Source of the DNA: Candidatus Aenigmatarchaeota archaeon | Lineage (GTDB): Archaea > Aenigmatarchaeota > Aenigmatarchaeia > GW2011-AR5 | DNA length: 64,000 nt | Reading direction: 5' to 3' | NCBI GenBank assembly: GCA_016198685.1 | Contig: JACQID010000004.1 | Coordinates: 117,864-181,863, forward strand | In this document: piece after piece, positions 47,749 to 56,825 of the stretch | Numbering within the stretch: the first letter of the stretch is position 1 | Layout of the letters: every line of letters starts with the position of its first letter | Notes under the pieces: model-generated | What the model was told of the DNA's origin: nothing | Databases searched by the model: none | The model's input: only the letters and a program-made list of their open reading frames with translations | Position numbers and translations under genes: made by a program

Positions 47749-48214
47749 TGATATCACCTTTCATCGAAATTTTTACCTTAGAGGTTCTCAGAACCTTTCC
47801 ATTGAGCATATAGCCCTTCTGAAATTCTTCGAGTATTACCCCGTCTTCGTCGCCTTTTTCACTGACCAGCGCCTCATGATGAGCGGGATTGAAACGCCTG
47901 CCTTGGGTATCTATTGCAATAAGCCCATGTTTTTCGAGAACGCTTAAAAGTTTTTTGTGAAGGGCTTCAGCACCCTGTCCGGCTTTGGCTGCGGCATCAA
48001 ATGCGTCAAGAACCGGCAGCATGGAAAACATCAATTCCTCGTTTGCCAGCGCTATTATCGCTTTTCTCTCTTTCTCAAAATGCTTCCTGTAATTGTCAAA
48101 ATCTGCCTGGAGGTATTTTATCTGCGACAGTCGCTCCTCTGCGAGCTTTTTCATTTCCGTAAATTCATCATTCTTTTCAGATGGCTGTTCGACTTCAGTT
48201 TTCGGTTCGTCCAT
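47741..48214 (-). CDS. grpE: nucleotide exchange factor GrpE
   Basis: Start moved to ATG 48214 because the track start is TTG. C-terminus [35 protein letters not shown]. Confidence 0.85.
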   Translation of the reverse strand: MDEPKTEVEQPSEKNDEFTEMKKLAEERLSQIKYLQADFDNYRKHFEKERKAIIALANEELMFSMLPVLDAFDAAAKAGQGAEALHKKLLSVLEKHGLIAIDTQGRRFNPAHHEALVSEKGDEDGVILEEFQKGYMLNGKVLRTSKVKISMKGDING

Positions 48215-48252
48215 CTGTAACAATCTTTCAAAAATTATAAAAAGAAACAGAA

Positions 48253-48678
48253 CTACTTTATTTCAACGGTATTCTGTTCGTCTTTTTTTGGCGTTTTCGC
48301 CTTTTGGCATGGGTTACTTTGAGTACGCCGTTTGTAGGTAGCTTGAACTTGGTTAGGGATGATTCTGGAAGGAAGCCCAATTGCCCTGTAAAACGTTCTA
48401 TAGATTCTTTCCTCCCTTATCACATCCTCATCTTCCACGCTTACGTCATCCCTCTTTTCTACCATTACCTCGAGCCTTCTATCCGTAACTGTGAGCTGTA
48501 TGGCTTCTTTTTCAACTCCATGCAGTTCTATCATATTTTCGTTTGTTTCTTTCAAGTTTGTGAGCGATTCGCGAATGTCTATATATTCATCACTTAGATT
48601 AGGCAGCAGCCTGTAAGAACCTAACATTCTGTTCATCTCCGGCTGCATCCTGCGGATTTCCCCCACAATGTCTCTCAT
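48253..48678 (-). CDS. Hsp20/alpha-crystallin family small heat-shock protein (atypical C-terminus)
   Basis: MIELHGVEKEAIQLTVTDRRLEVMVEKRD...ERIYRTFYRAIGLP...ATYK matches the ACD core. SD GGAGGTG upstream. Track start is GTG at 48687; ATG at 48678. Confidence 0.6.
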   Translation of the reverse strand: MRDIVGEIRRMQPEMNRMLGSYRLLPNLSDEYIDIRESLTNLKETNENMIELHGVEKEAIQLTVTDRRLEVMVEKRDDVSVEDEDVIREERIYRTFYRAIGLPSRIIPNQVQATYKRRTQSNPCQKAKTPKKDEQNTVEIK

Positions 48679-48737
48679 GGCAGCCACCTCCGGTTCAATA
48701 GAACAAAATCTTGAATTGTTTTAATAACACATTAAAG

Positions 48738-48748
48738 TATTTAAATAT
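48738..48748. promoter_or_regulatory. palindromic TATA-like element TATTTAAATAT shared by divergent hsp20 operon and regulator gene
   Basis: Centred ~25 nt upstream of ATG 48768 (leaderless regulator). About 60 nt upstream of the hsp20 ATG, which has an SD. Confidence 0.4.
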
Positions 48749-48767
48749 GGGTATATATTATTTGGAA

Positions 48768-49175
48768 ATGCAAGAGATTATTGTAAGACGATTATGGGCT
48801 CCGCTTCGGTCGGAAGAAGATATGGAATGGTTTTGTCGTTCTTTGGGGCTTTTAGGCAAACGAGACAGGGGCAAGACCGGAATGAGGATTTTTCTGTTAT
48901 TAGCCTATGCTGCCAGGGAAAACCAGACAATGGATATTGATAAGCTAGCAGAAAAAATGAACATGACCCGCACCGCAATTATCCATCATATCAAAGCCAT
49001 GGAAGCTAAGGGTCTTGTTGAAAGGAGAAATGGCAAAGTTGGATTGCGCGCCTACAATTTCGAGAGCATCGTTAATGAGATAAGAAAAGATATGCTTCGC
49101 ACAATAGAATCCATCCGGGAAATAGCTGAAGAGATGGATCGGAAGATGAATATGCCTGTACGAAAGAAAGACTAA
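48768..49175 (+). CDS. winged-helix (MarR/ArsR-like) transcription regulator divergent from hsp20-grpE-dnaK
   Basis: HTH DIDKLAEKMNMTRTAIIHHIKAMEAKGLVERRNGK. Start chosen at ATG 48768. Track start is TTG at 48711. ATG 48747 is also possible. Confidence 0.5.
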   Translation: MQEIIVRRLWAPLRSEEDMEWFCRSLGLLGKRDRGKTGMRIFLLLAYAARENQTMDIDKLAEKMNMTRTAIIHHIKAMEAKGLVERRNGKVGLRAYNFESIVNEIRKDMLRTIESIREIAEEMDRKMNMPVRKKD

Positions 49176-49243
49176 TTATTTATTCGACTTGATAGTATGA
49201 TTATACAACCGGTGAGACTCTGAATATTACAATTTACGATTAC

Positions 49244-49960
49244 ATGATAGTTGCACTTTCTGCGCTTGCCGCTTTTAGTATATATACAAGTGGGATTTCA
49301 ACAATTACGCATTTTGCCATAATAATAGGAATTGCAACCGCCCTTGATATATTCATAAACTATTTTCTATACAAAGAAAAACCAATGCCTAAAAGCGCGA
49401 TAATAACAGGATTCATAATTGCCCTGATACTTGCGCCATCTTCAGCATTATGGGCGCAAGTTGGCATCCCGCTATTCGCCATAGCTTCAAAACATATCAT
49501 AAAATGGAAAAAAGTGAATGTTTTTAATCCTGCCGCCCTTGCATTGCTTATAGGAGGTTTTGTAGGTGCCCTGCCTTCATGGTGGGCAGTGTCTCCTCTC
49601 GTATGGCCGCTTGGCATTTTCATAAGCTGGAAGATGCGAAAACTCGAAATTTCACTTTCGTTTCTTGCCGCTTATTTCATTCTTTTCACAGCTCTTGGCA
49701 GGATAGATCCTGGAATGGAAGTTATGGGCTCTGCCGCGATGTTTCTTGCGTTCTTCATGGCCACTGAACCGAAAACAACCCCTTCATCAGGGAACGGAAA
49801 AATTATTTTTGGAATTCTATTGGCAATACTAAGCTTAGGTATTGCGATGGTTGTGCCGGCAGTTGATTTTCTGCTGGGAGCGCTTCTTATATCTAATATT
49901 TTCAAGAACCATTTGAATGCTGTAAAATTTGCGTTCTTTGGGAATAAGCTATTTTTATAG
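49244..49960 (+). CDS. polytopic membrane protein with RnfD/NqrB-like FMATEPKTTP motif
   Basis: 238 aa, about 7 TM helices. FFMATEPKTTPSSGNGK resembles the RnfD/NqrB FMN-attachment region. Shorter than RnfD. Confidence 0.4.
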   Translation: MIVALSALAAFSIYTSGISTITHFAIIIGIATALDIFINYFLYKEKPMPKSAIITGFIIALILAPSSALWAQVGIPLFAIASKHIIKWKKVNVFNPAALALLIGGFVGALPSWWAVSPLVWPLGIFISWKMRKLEISLSFLAAYFILFTALGRIDPGMEVMGSAAMFLAFFMATEPKTTPSSGNGKIIFGILLAILSLGIAMVVPAVDFLLGALLISNIFKNHLNAVKFAFFGNKLFL

Positions 49961-50049
49961 AATACCGTTTCTTCATATTCCGCTATATGCCTGTAAGATT
50001 GCATCTTTGTTCGTCTATTATTTCTGAAAAGAACGCCCGACGGTACATT

Positions 50050-50316
50050 TTACCTATCCGTTTGACAGAACCCAGAGATGCATGGTATCATCGCCTTCTT
50101 TCTCGCCCTGCTCATGGATTTTATTTCTATTTCCCTTCGCATGGCCTCGCTTTTTGTTGCATATTCTTCGCTGTAAATCAGAAGAAACGGCAGCCTAGAC
50201 CTTACGTATTTTGATCCTTTGCCGTTTTGATGCGCTTCAAGGCGCTTCTTTAGATCCTTGGCGATGCCAGTATACAAAGAGCCGTCGCTGCATTCAAGGA
50301 TGTAGAGATGATACAT
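50050..50316 (-). CDS. GIY-YIG nuclease superfamily small protein (UPF0213/YhbQ-like)
   Basis: MYHLYILECSDGSLYTGIAKDLKKRLEAHQNGKGSKYVRSRLPFLLIYSEEY. Confidence 0.75.
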   Translation of the reverse strand: MYHLYILECSDGSLYTGIAKDLKKRLEAHQNGKGSKYVRSRLPFLLIYSEEYATKSEAMRREIEIKSMSRARKKAMIPCISGFCQTDR

Positions 50317-50330
50317 TTTGCTATAGGCAC

Positions 50331-50654
50331 ATGGATAAATTTATAGTATCTATGATCGGAAAAGCTATTTATGTTCTCCGTTTAAATGAAAATATGCCTA
50401 TTGAATATCGGATCGTAGATTTGCGGGATATACAAGGTCGCGGCGGAGTTAAACCCGTTGAAGCATATTTACCAATGCCGCCCCATCATGATTTGCCATT
50501 TGTCAGGGTAAAATATATGGTTAATGGCACGCAGATGCTCAATGTATTCGACCGTGATAAACGCGTAAATTTTATGCACGATCAGGGAGAGCCATGGTAT
50601 AACGATCTAAAGGAATTATTGCCCGATATATTGGAACGTACAGATAGAAAATAA
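50331..50654 (+). CDS. hypothetical protein
   Basis: Internal ATG chosen to avoid overlap with the GIY-YIG gene. No recognisable motifs. Confidence 0.3.
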   Translation: MDKFIVSMIGKAIYVLRLNENMPIEYRIVDLRDIQGRGGVKPVEAYLPMPPHHDLPFVRVKYMVNGTQMLNVFDRDKRVNFMHDQGEPWYNDLKELLPDILERTDRK

Positions 50655-50729
50655 TGACGTAATGGATCATCTGCATACAAAGTTAATGATGATTCATGAA
50701 CATTCGCAATCCACTGGATATTGCTTCTC

Positions 50730-51041
50730 CTACAACTCGGAAAACGCTTCAGCGTTATATGTCCATAGTTTGCACATGCGTCTTCCGCGAACAGGACCCC
50801 TTTGTATTTCATAAATGTTGGATGTAAAATCGCGTATGTCGGTACCTGCTTGGAAAAATAGAGAGAATTTGCCGTGAAGTATTGCGTTTACGCGTGCTGT
50901 GTCATAAAGAGGACCGTAGTAGGATCGTAAATGATCCCTTATTTCAGGGACAGTTGCATATCCACCTTTTGTGTTTATTGCTTCTTTTATTCTCCCCCAT
51001 ACGAGAGGATTGCTTAAATCATCAGCTTTATATTTCATCAT
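50730..51041 (-). CDS. hypothetical protein downstream of EF-2
   Basis: ATG at 51041, 13 nt after the EF-2 stop, on the same strand. 103 aa. Confidence 0.4.
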   Translation of the reverse strand: MMKYKADDLSNPLVWGRIKEAINTKGGYATVPEIRDHLRSYYGPLYDTARVNAILHGKFSLFFQAGTDIRDFTSNIYEIQRGPVRGRRMCKLWTYNAEAFSEL

Positions 51042-51054
51042 CAAGTGATGTCAA

Positions 51055-53223
51055 TCAGACTACAGGATCAGGAAGTCCCTTGCGTTGCCTGATTTTGCGG
51101 ACGACTTCTTGTCTGAGTTCTTCGGGCATTCTTTCAAATGTGACGTCAACCAAAGAGTAAAATCCCTTGCCTCCTGTGTTGCTCTTAAGAGCCGCTTCCA
51201 TGCCGAACGTGTCGGCTACGGGTATCTTAGCTTTGACCGCGGCAGTACCCTGCTCTATTGTCGTGTCCAGAACCTGGCCTCGTCTGTTCTGAACAAGGCT
51301 CATGACATTGCCTACCGTTTCTTCAGGAGTATCGATTCTTATTACCTGCAGCGGCTCAAGGAGTGAAGGCTTTGCGTTCATCATGGCGCGCTTGATAGCC
51401 TGTGCAACGGTCGGGATGACCTGCGCGGGGCCTCTGTGGACGTTGTCCTCGTGCAGGTTAGCATCTGTGATTATGACTTTCATTTCGCTGCATGCTTCGC
51501 CTGCGAGAGGGCCGGATTCTGTGACGCTCTCGAAAGCCTCGATAACGAGCTTCATGACTTCATGCAAGTATTGGACTCCTTTAGTGCCATCTATGAGCAG
51601 GTTCTTGTTGTGTGAAGCCACTATCTTTTTGGCTTCATCCCTGTTCATGCCTGCATCTACAAGCAATTGTACAGCGCCTTTGAGGTTCTTCTTTATCATC
51701 GTATCGTCAACCTTGCCCTCCTCAAGGACCTTGAAGACTTCAGGCTCTATAGGTTCAACACGCACAACAAATTTGTTGTGCTTGTTAGGCGATTTTTCTT
51801 CCACTTCAGGCGATAAAGCGCGTATGGTTTCTCTATACATGACTATTGGCAAGGATGTCTTGACTGCTATGCCCCTGTCTTTCAACGGACGCTCGATCTT
51901 GGCATCTATGTGAAGTTCGCCAAGCCCTGAAATGAGAGTCTCTCCTGTTTCTTCATTAATCTTGGAAACAAGAGTCGGGTCTTCCCTTGTTGCGTTCCTT
52001 AAGAATGATATGAGCTTGGCGAGATCGCCCGGGTTCTCGCATTCAACGCTCTTGGTAACCACGGGTTCAAAGATGTGCTTTATGCTTTCGAATGGATAGA
52101 TTTCTTTGGAAGATATCGTTTCTCCGGAGAAAGCGTCGTTCAGGCCTACTATGCCTACTATGTTGCCTGCAGTGATCTCGTCCATTTGGATTCTCTGCGG
52201 ACCCTTGTAAATAGAAACTTGCTGGACTCTTTCCTTCTTTTTCTGGCCTATCAGATAAACCTCATCACCCTTTCTGATGGTGCCCGAGAACAATCTTGCT
52301 GTAGCAACGTATCCTGCGTGAGGGTCTGGATTGACTTTTGTTATTATTGCAGAAAGCGCGCCGTGCTCATTGAGCTTAATCATGTCCTGGCCTTCAGGCA
52401 ATGTGACATCGCCCTTCCATATTTTGCCTATTCTGTATGCCTGAGCCTGTCTTGGGTCTGGCAAATGCTTGATGACCATGTTTAATATAATCTTGTGCAA
52501 CGGCGCCTTTTTATTGAGTTCGTCATCCTTGCCCTGGGAAGACAGGTCTATTATTTCCTTGAAGGTGAGGCCGGTTGCCTTCATATAAGGCACGGATATA
52601 GCCCATTTCCTATAGGCGCTTCCGAATGCGACAGAGCCGTTATCGACCTTGACGTACCACTTTTCGGCAAATTCCTTCTCTGCATACTTGCTTATGAGAC
52701 CGTTGACTTGGCCGATTATTCTTACGAATCTTTCCTGCATCTGCTCAGGAGAGAACTGCAATTCTTTGATTAGCCTGTCGACCTTATTTATGAAAAGAAC
52801 AGGCTTTACTCTTTCTCGGAGAGCCTGCCTTATCACCGTTTCAGTCTGCGGCATTACTCCTTCGACCGCATCAGTAAGTATGACTGCGCCGTCTACTGCA
52901 CGCATGGCTCTTGTAACATCGCCTCCAAAATCCACATGGCCCGGAGTGTCGATAAGGTTGATAAGATAATTCTCGCCATTAAGCTCATGCACCATGGAGA
53001 CGTTGGCTGCGAATATGGTAATGCCTCTTTCCTGCTCCTGCTTGTCGAAATCCATGAACTGCTGCTGTCCTGCGAGTTCTTCGGCTATCATGCCTGCACC
53101 TGCCACAAGATTATCAGACGTTGTAGTCTTTCCGTGGTCAATATGTGCGGCTATTCCTATGTTCCTTATGTATTCAGGCTTATGCATGAGGCCCTTAATA
53201 ATTTCAGTCTTGTCTTTTGCCAT
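51055..53223 (-). CDS. fusA: translation elongation factor aEF-2
   Basis: Start moved to ATG 53223 (MAKDKTEIIKGLMHKPEYIRNIGIAAHIDHGKTT). G-domain motifs. 722 aa. Confidence 0.95.
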   Translation of the reverse strand: MAKDKTEIIKGLMHKPEYIRNIGIAAHIDHGKTTTSDNLVAGAGMIAEELAGQQQFMDFDKQEQERGITIFAANVSMVHELNGENYLINLIDTPGHVDFGGDVTRAMRAVDGAVILTDAVEGVMPQTETVIRQALRERVKPVLFINKVDRLIKELQFSPEQMQERFVRIIGQVNGLISKYAEKEFAEKWYVKVDNGSVAFGSAYRKWAISVPYMKATGLTFKEIIDLSSQGKDDELNKKAPLHKIILNMVIKHLPDPRQAQAYRIGKIWKGDVTLPEGQDMIKLNEHGALSAIITKVNPDPHAGYVATARLFSGTIRKGDEVYLIGQKKKERVQQVSIYKGPQRIQMDEITAGNIVGIVGLNDAFSGETISSKEIYPFESIKHIFEPVVTKSVECENPGDLAKLISFLRNATREDPTLVSKINEETGETLISGLGELHIDAKIERPLKDRGIAVKTSLPIVMYRETIRALSPEVEEKSPNKHNKFVVRVEPIEPEVFKVLEEGKVDDTMIKKNLKGAVQLLVDAGMNRDEAKKIVASHNKNLLIDGTKGVQYLHEVMKLVIEAFESVTESGPLAGEACSEMKVIITDANLHEDNVHRGPAQVIPTVAQAIKRAMMNAKPSLLEPLQVIRIDTPEETVGNVMSLVQNRRGQVLDTTIEQGTAAVKAKIPVADTFGMEAALKSNTGGKGFYSLVDVTFERMPEELRQEVVRKIRQRKGLPDPVV

Positions 53224-53245
53224 AAAAGCACCTTTAAAAATCAGC

Positions 53246-53926
53246 TTAGCGCGCTCCCATTGCTTCTCTTTCAAGTCTTTCTTTCTCCTTGAAAGCATGG
53301 CTGTCTGTGGAAGCATTAGATGCAGCTATAATCTCTTCGGCCAAGGCTTCTTCTGCGCTCCTCTTCTTGCCAAAAGAAGCCTTGTATACGCCTTGTGCCA
53401 TTATTCTTAGGGTCTTGTCTATCCTTCTCTGAGGCGACATTATGACGGCATCTCTGGCCATTATGCTACCCATTTGGTAGGATGTGATTTCTTCCCTGGG
53501 GGCTGCGTTCTCTATGGCTTTTACGAGAACCTGTACAGGATTTGTCTTGGTTCTGCTTTCAATTATTTCAAATGCTTTCTCGATTGTGGCGAGGTTCCTG
53601 TCGCATTTTCCGCCGAGCTGGCCGGATGTAAGTCTGTGCCTCTTTCCAGCGTGACCGGGCACCATCATATGAAGTGCGAGTCTTTCCACGATATGCATCT
53701 TAGACTTGTGGAATCTCTGGCTGCTCATAGCGCCATAATTCTTGGGTATCATCACAGGCCTTACTGTTATGTATTTCTGCAGACCGGGTTCTGTGAATTC
53801 AGCCGTGTTTGACCATCTGCCGAAGAGCTTGATATCAGGAAGCTTGATGCTGGCTTCCTTGGAAACATGCTTAGGAGCAGGCTTCTGTTCTGTTGCATTG
53901 TCAAAACGTTTTCTTCTAATCATCAT
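53246..53926 (-). CDS. rps7: 30S ribosomal protein S7
   Basis: KLFGRWS...VERLALHMMVPGH...uS7 core. 226 aa. Confidence 0.9.
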   Translation of the reverse strand: MMIRRKRFDNATEQKPAPKHVSKEASIKLPDIKLFGRWSNTAEFTEPGLQKYITVRPVMIPKNYGAMSSQRFHKSKMHIVERLALHMMVPGHAGKRHRLTSGQLGGKCDRNLATIEKAFEIIESRTKTNPVQVLVKAIENAAPREEITSYQMGSIMARDAVIMSPQRRIDKTLRIMAQGVYKASFGKKRSAEEALAEEIIAASNASTDSHAFKEKERLEREAMGAR

Positions 53927-53932
53927 AGCACC

Positions 53933-54358
53933 TTATCTTGCAGGTTTCTGCTTCTTGCCAAGACGCAGCATTTCCAGGGAAATGCCATTGACCTTGAAGA
54001 CTTTCCACTTGACGCCAGGGATAGAACCGACCGGACCGCCTTGTGAGCCGCCTATTCCTTCCACTGTGACCTGGTCGTGTTCTGTTATCTGGTTGATCGC
54101 CGCGGTCTTGGGAACGTGGGCGGTTATCTGCTTTCCGTTCTTGACAAGCCTGATACGAACGCATTTGATCATGCCGGATGAAGGCTGCTTTTGCTCCATC
54201 TGTCTCTTCTCAAGAACTATGCCTTTTGCCTGGGGTGCGCCCTCCATAGGATCCATCTTGTCCTGGAAGTGGAATACGCGGTCCCTGAATATTTCTTTCT
54301 TGAGTTTGAATTTCTTCCTGTTTTTCTTCAGTTTCCTAGCTGCAAAGTTTCCTGCCAT
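53933..54358 (-). CDS. rps12: 30S ribosomal protein S12
   Basis: Start at ATG 54358 (MAGNFAARKL...). DPMEGAPQAKGIVLEKRQMEQKQPSSGMIKCVRIRLVKNGK. Confidence 0.9.
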   Translation of the reverse strand: MAGNFAARKLKKNRKKFKLKKEIFRDRVFHFQDKMDPMEGAPQAKGIVLEKRQMEQKQPSSGMIKCVRIRLVKNGKQITAHVPKTAAINQITEHDQVTVEGIGGSQGGPVGSIPGVKWKVFKVNGISLEMLRLGKKQKPAR

Positions 54359-54496
54359 AATTGAACTAATCTCTTTCATTGTAAAAGGTTAAAAAGGTTC
54401 TTGTCGCAACGGAAATTCAAATGGCGCTATAGATAAGATTTATAAAAATATTCTTATAGAGATTTAAGGATATTGAAATTTCCAAGTTCCCGGGCA

Positions 54497-54964
54497 TCAA
54501 ATGCAATTCATTGATTTGCGTGCATGCGGATATTTTTTCATCGTATCGCGCAGGAGCGCATCTGCCGCATCAAACTTTTTTCTTTGACCAAGATAATCGT
54601 TGTCCCGCGTCAAAAGTTCCTTGAGCTTGTATGAATCAGAATCAGCTCCATGCACTTGAATTCTGTCTACATTGCCGTTGCCGTCAGTGTCGTGATAAAA
54701 TTCTGCATCGCCAAACCGGTGGCCGATAGGAGAATAAACATGCATCTCCTGCGAGCAGTCTGGATAGACCATATAGTCGACATGCCCAAAAGGACCTCTT
54801 GGATAGGAAATTAGGTGATATCCAGAAGTTCTCTGATCCGCAGTGTTTTGCGTTTCATTGGAATTTTTGCTTAGTAAATAAGCTGCGCCAAGAATGCCAG
54901 GCATGGCTAGTATTGTAAGGCCAAGCAGCCAGTACACGGGTTCCCCGGGAATCCTGATTTTCAT
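54497..54964 (-). CDS. membrane-anchored hypothetical protein inserted between nusA and rps12
   Basis: Start at ATG 54964 (MKIRIPGEPVYWLLGLTILAMPGILGAAYLL). The remainder is soluble and His/Asp-rich. Confidence 0.45.
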   Translation of the reverse strand: MKIRIPGEPVYWLLGLTILAMPGILGAAYLLSKNSNETQNTADQRTSGYHLISYPRGPFGHVDYMVYPDCSQEMHVYSPIGHRFGDAEFYHDTDGNGNVDRIQVHGADSDSYKLKELLTRDNDYLGQRKKFDAADALLRDTMKKYPHARKSMNCI

Positions 54965-54997
54965 AGAATTAAGCAATATATGAAAGATAAAAATGCG

Positions 54998-55417
54998 TTA
55001 TAATCTCATGGGCGTCAAAAGCTTGATGTTCTTCTTGCTGTAAAGGCGCTCAATTAAATTATTGAGTATCTTTATTTTTCCGCCATTGCGTCCTATGACT
55101 TTTGGGCGGTCATGACCGTTGATATTTATTTCCACGGCATCATCTTTAGCGGCTATTTTTTTTGCTTCAGGGATTGCATTTTTAAGAAAATCTTCGACTG
55201 TATCGGCATATTCAAATATCCTGATCCTTTTCTTGAAAAGAGCTTCTGCTTTCTTGATTTTTTCGCCGCTTTTCCCGACAGCCATTCCGTACTGCCCCTT
55301 GTCAACCACAAAATACAGAGTGTCCTCATCTGTCATGGAATCTATGACATATGCTCCTGTCAATTTCTGGAAGAAACTGATTGACTGTATAGTCTGTTCG
55401 TCTAAAATAACTTTCAT
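54998..55417 (-). CDS. nusA: archaeal NusA-like KH-domain transcription factor
   Basis: Start moved to ATG 55417 (MKVILDEQTIQ...). Two KH GxxG motifs (GKSGEKIK, GRNGGKIK). Confidence 0.8.
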   Translation of the reverse strand: MKVILDEQTIQSISFFQKLTGAYVIDSMTDEDTLYFVVDKGQYGMAVGKSGEKIKKAEALFKKRIRIFEYADTVEDFLKNAIPEAKKIAAKDDAVEININGHDRPKVIGRNGGKIKILNNLIERLYSKKNIKLLTPMRL

Positions 55418-55430
55418 AGGAATCAGGCTA

Positions 55431-55661
55431 CTACTCAAATCCTGCCATAGCTACAGGGAACGGCTTTCCGAGCTTGGTTGCAAGCTCTCTTTCATTTCCT
55501 TCAAATATGTGCACTTGCGTGTTGCCAAGTTTATTGACAAGGTCTTGAGGGCAATTGTTTGCTACGATAACTTCCTTCACTTTTCCGGTTGCGATAGCCT
55601 TGATTATTTCTCTTGTGCCGATAACGGCTTTCTTTTCAGGAAGTTTCGAAATTGTTTCCAT
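55431..55661 (-). CDS. rpl30e: 50S ribosomal protein L30e
   Basis: METISKLPEKKAVIGTREIIKAIATGKVKEVIVANNCPQDLVNKL. 76 aa. Confidence 0.85.
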   Translation of the reverse strand: METISKLPEKKAVIGTREIIKAIATGKVKEVIVANNCPQDLVNKLGNTQVHIFEGNERELATKLGKPFPVAMAGFE

Positions 55662-55696
55662 AGATTAATCATCCAGTCAAAGGATAAAAAGCTGAC

Positions 55697-56821
55697 TTAC
55701 TTCTCCGCATCCTTGCCTTTTTTTATGCTTTCTCTCATCTTCTGCATATCTATGGAGAGGTTCACAACGCCTGTTCCGATGGGCGCGACCTGCCCGACCA
55801 TGACGTTTTCTATGACTCCAGTCATTTCATCGGCCTGTCCATAGAATGAAGCGTTGACAAGATGCTTCTTTGTTTCTTCGAAGTTAGCACGGGCAAGCAC
55901 AGAGTATTTCTTTCCGGATACTCCGTATCTTCCAATGGATTTTATTGTTCCATCGAAAGTCATTGTATCAGCGAGCAGGTGCAAATACCTGTCATCGACA
56001 TCTAATCCCTGCTCTTCGAGCGTATCTTTTGTTTCCATGAAAATCATGTTGCGTGCAGCCTCAACGCCCAGAACCTCATAGACCTGGTAAAGGTCGTTTG
56101 TGACGGTCCTGGAAATGTCGACTTCTTCCATCTTGAAAACCTTCTCAAGATTGCTGCCGACTGTCTGAACTATCCAGTCTTCGCCTTCCTTGACCACGAG
56201 CACATTGGTGATTCCTTTTATGCCTGCCACATGGAATGAAAGTATTTTGTTTCTGATCTTTCGCAGGTCCTTCTGGTCATCTTCTTTTGGCTTGACGTAC
56301 ACTTTGTTATCGCGGGCCGTTACTTCAGAACCTTTCATGTATTTTTCTATGACCCTTTTTACCTCATCTTTATGGACCACATCGTCAAGTTCCAGTTCAA
56401 TTTTCATGTCAATGAGATCTATTGAGTCGGATGTGATAACGTCTGCGATTTTGAGTTCCTTCACCTTTGATGCAACTTCCTTTGCTTTCTCTTTGGTGTT
56501 ATAGTTTGGCTTCAGGTATATTGTCATGTTTTTCTCGAACGTCTTGCGTGCATCAAAAATTTCTATGAGTCTTGGTAGTCCCTGCGTGACCTTGCTCAGT
56601 CTGTCGCTCTGCGATGCAAGCGTATAAGAACGCATGGTCATTTGCGTGGCCGGTTCAGAAAGGCTTTGAGCCGCTATTATGCCAATAGCTTCGCCCGGCT
56701 CGTAAAGGTATCTGTCCATGACCTCTTCAAGTTTCTTGAGCTTCTGTTCTCGCTCTTTGCCGGTAATGCCTTTCTTAATGCAATACTCATCAAATTTTTT
56801 CATGACGTTCTCAGGTATCAT
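55697..56821 (-). CDS. rpoA2: DNA-directed RNA polymerase subunit A''
   Basis: Rpb1 C-terminal third homolog. Start placed at ATG 56821. Track start is TTG at 56839. Confidence 0.95.
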   Translation of the reverse strand: MIPENVMKKFDEYCIKKGITGKEREQKLKKLEEVMDRYLYEPGEAIGIIAAQSLSEPATQMTMRSYTLASQSDRLSKVTQGLPRLIEIFDARKTFEKNMTIYLKPNYNTKEKAKEVASKVKELKIADVITSDSIDLIDMKIELELDDVVHKDEVKRVIEKYMKGSEVTARDNKVYVKPKEDDQKDLRKIRNKILSFHVAGIKGITNVLVVKEGEDWIVQTVGSNLEKVFKMEEVDISRTVTNDLYQVYEVLGVEAARNMIFMETKDTLEEQGLDVDDRYLHLLADTMTFDGTIKSIGRYGVSGKKYSVLARANFEETKKHLVNASFYGQADEMTGVIENVMVGQVAPIGTGVVNLSIDMQKMRESIKKGKDAEK

Positions 56822-56825
56822 TTCA

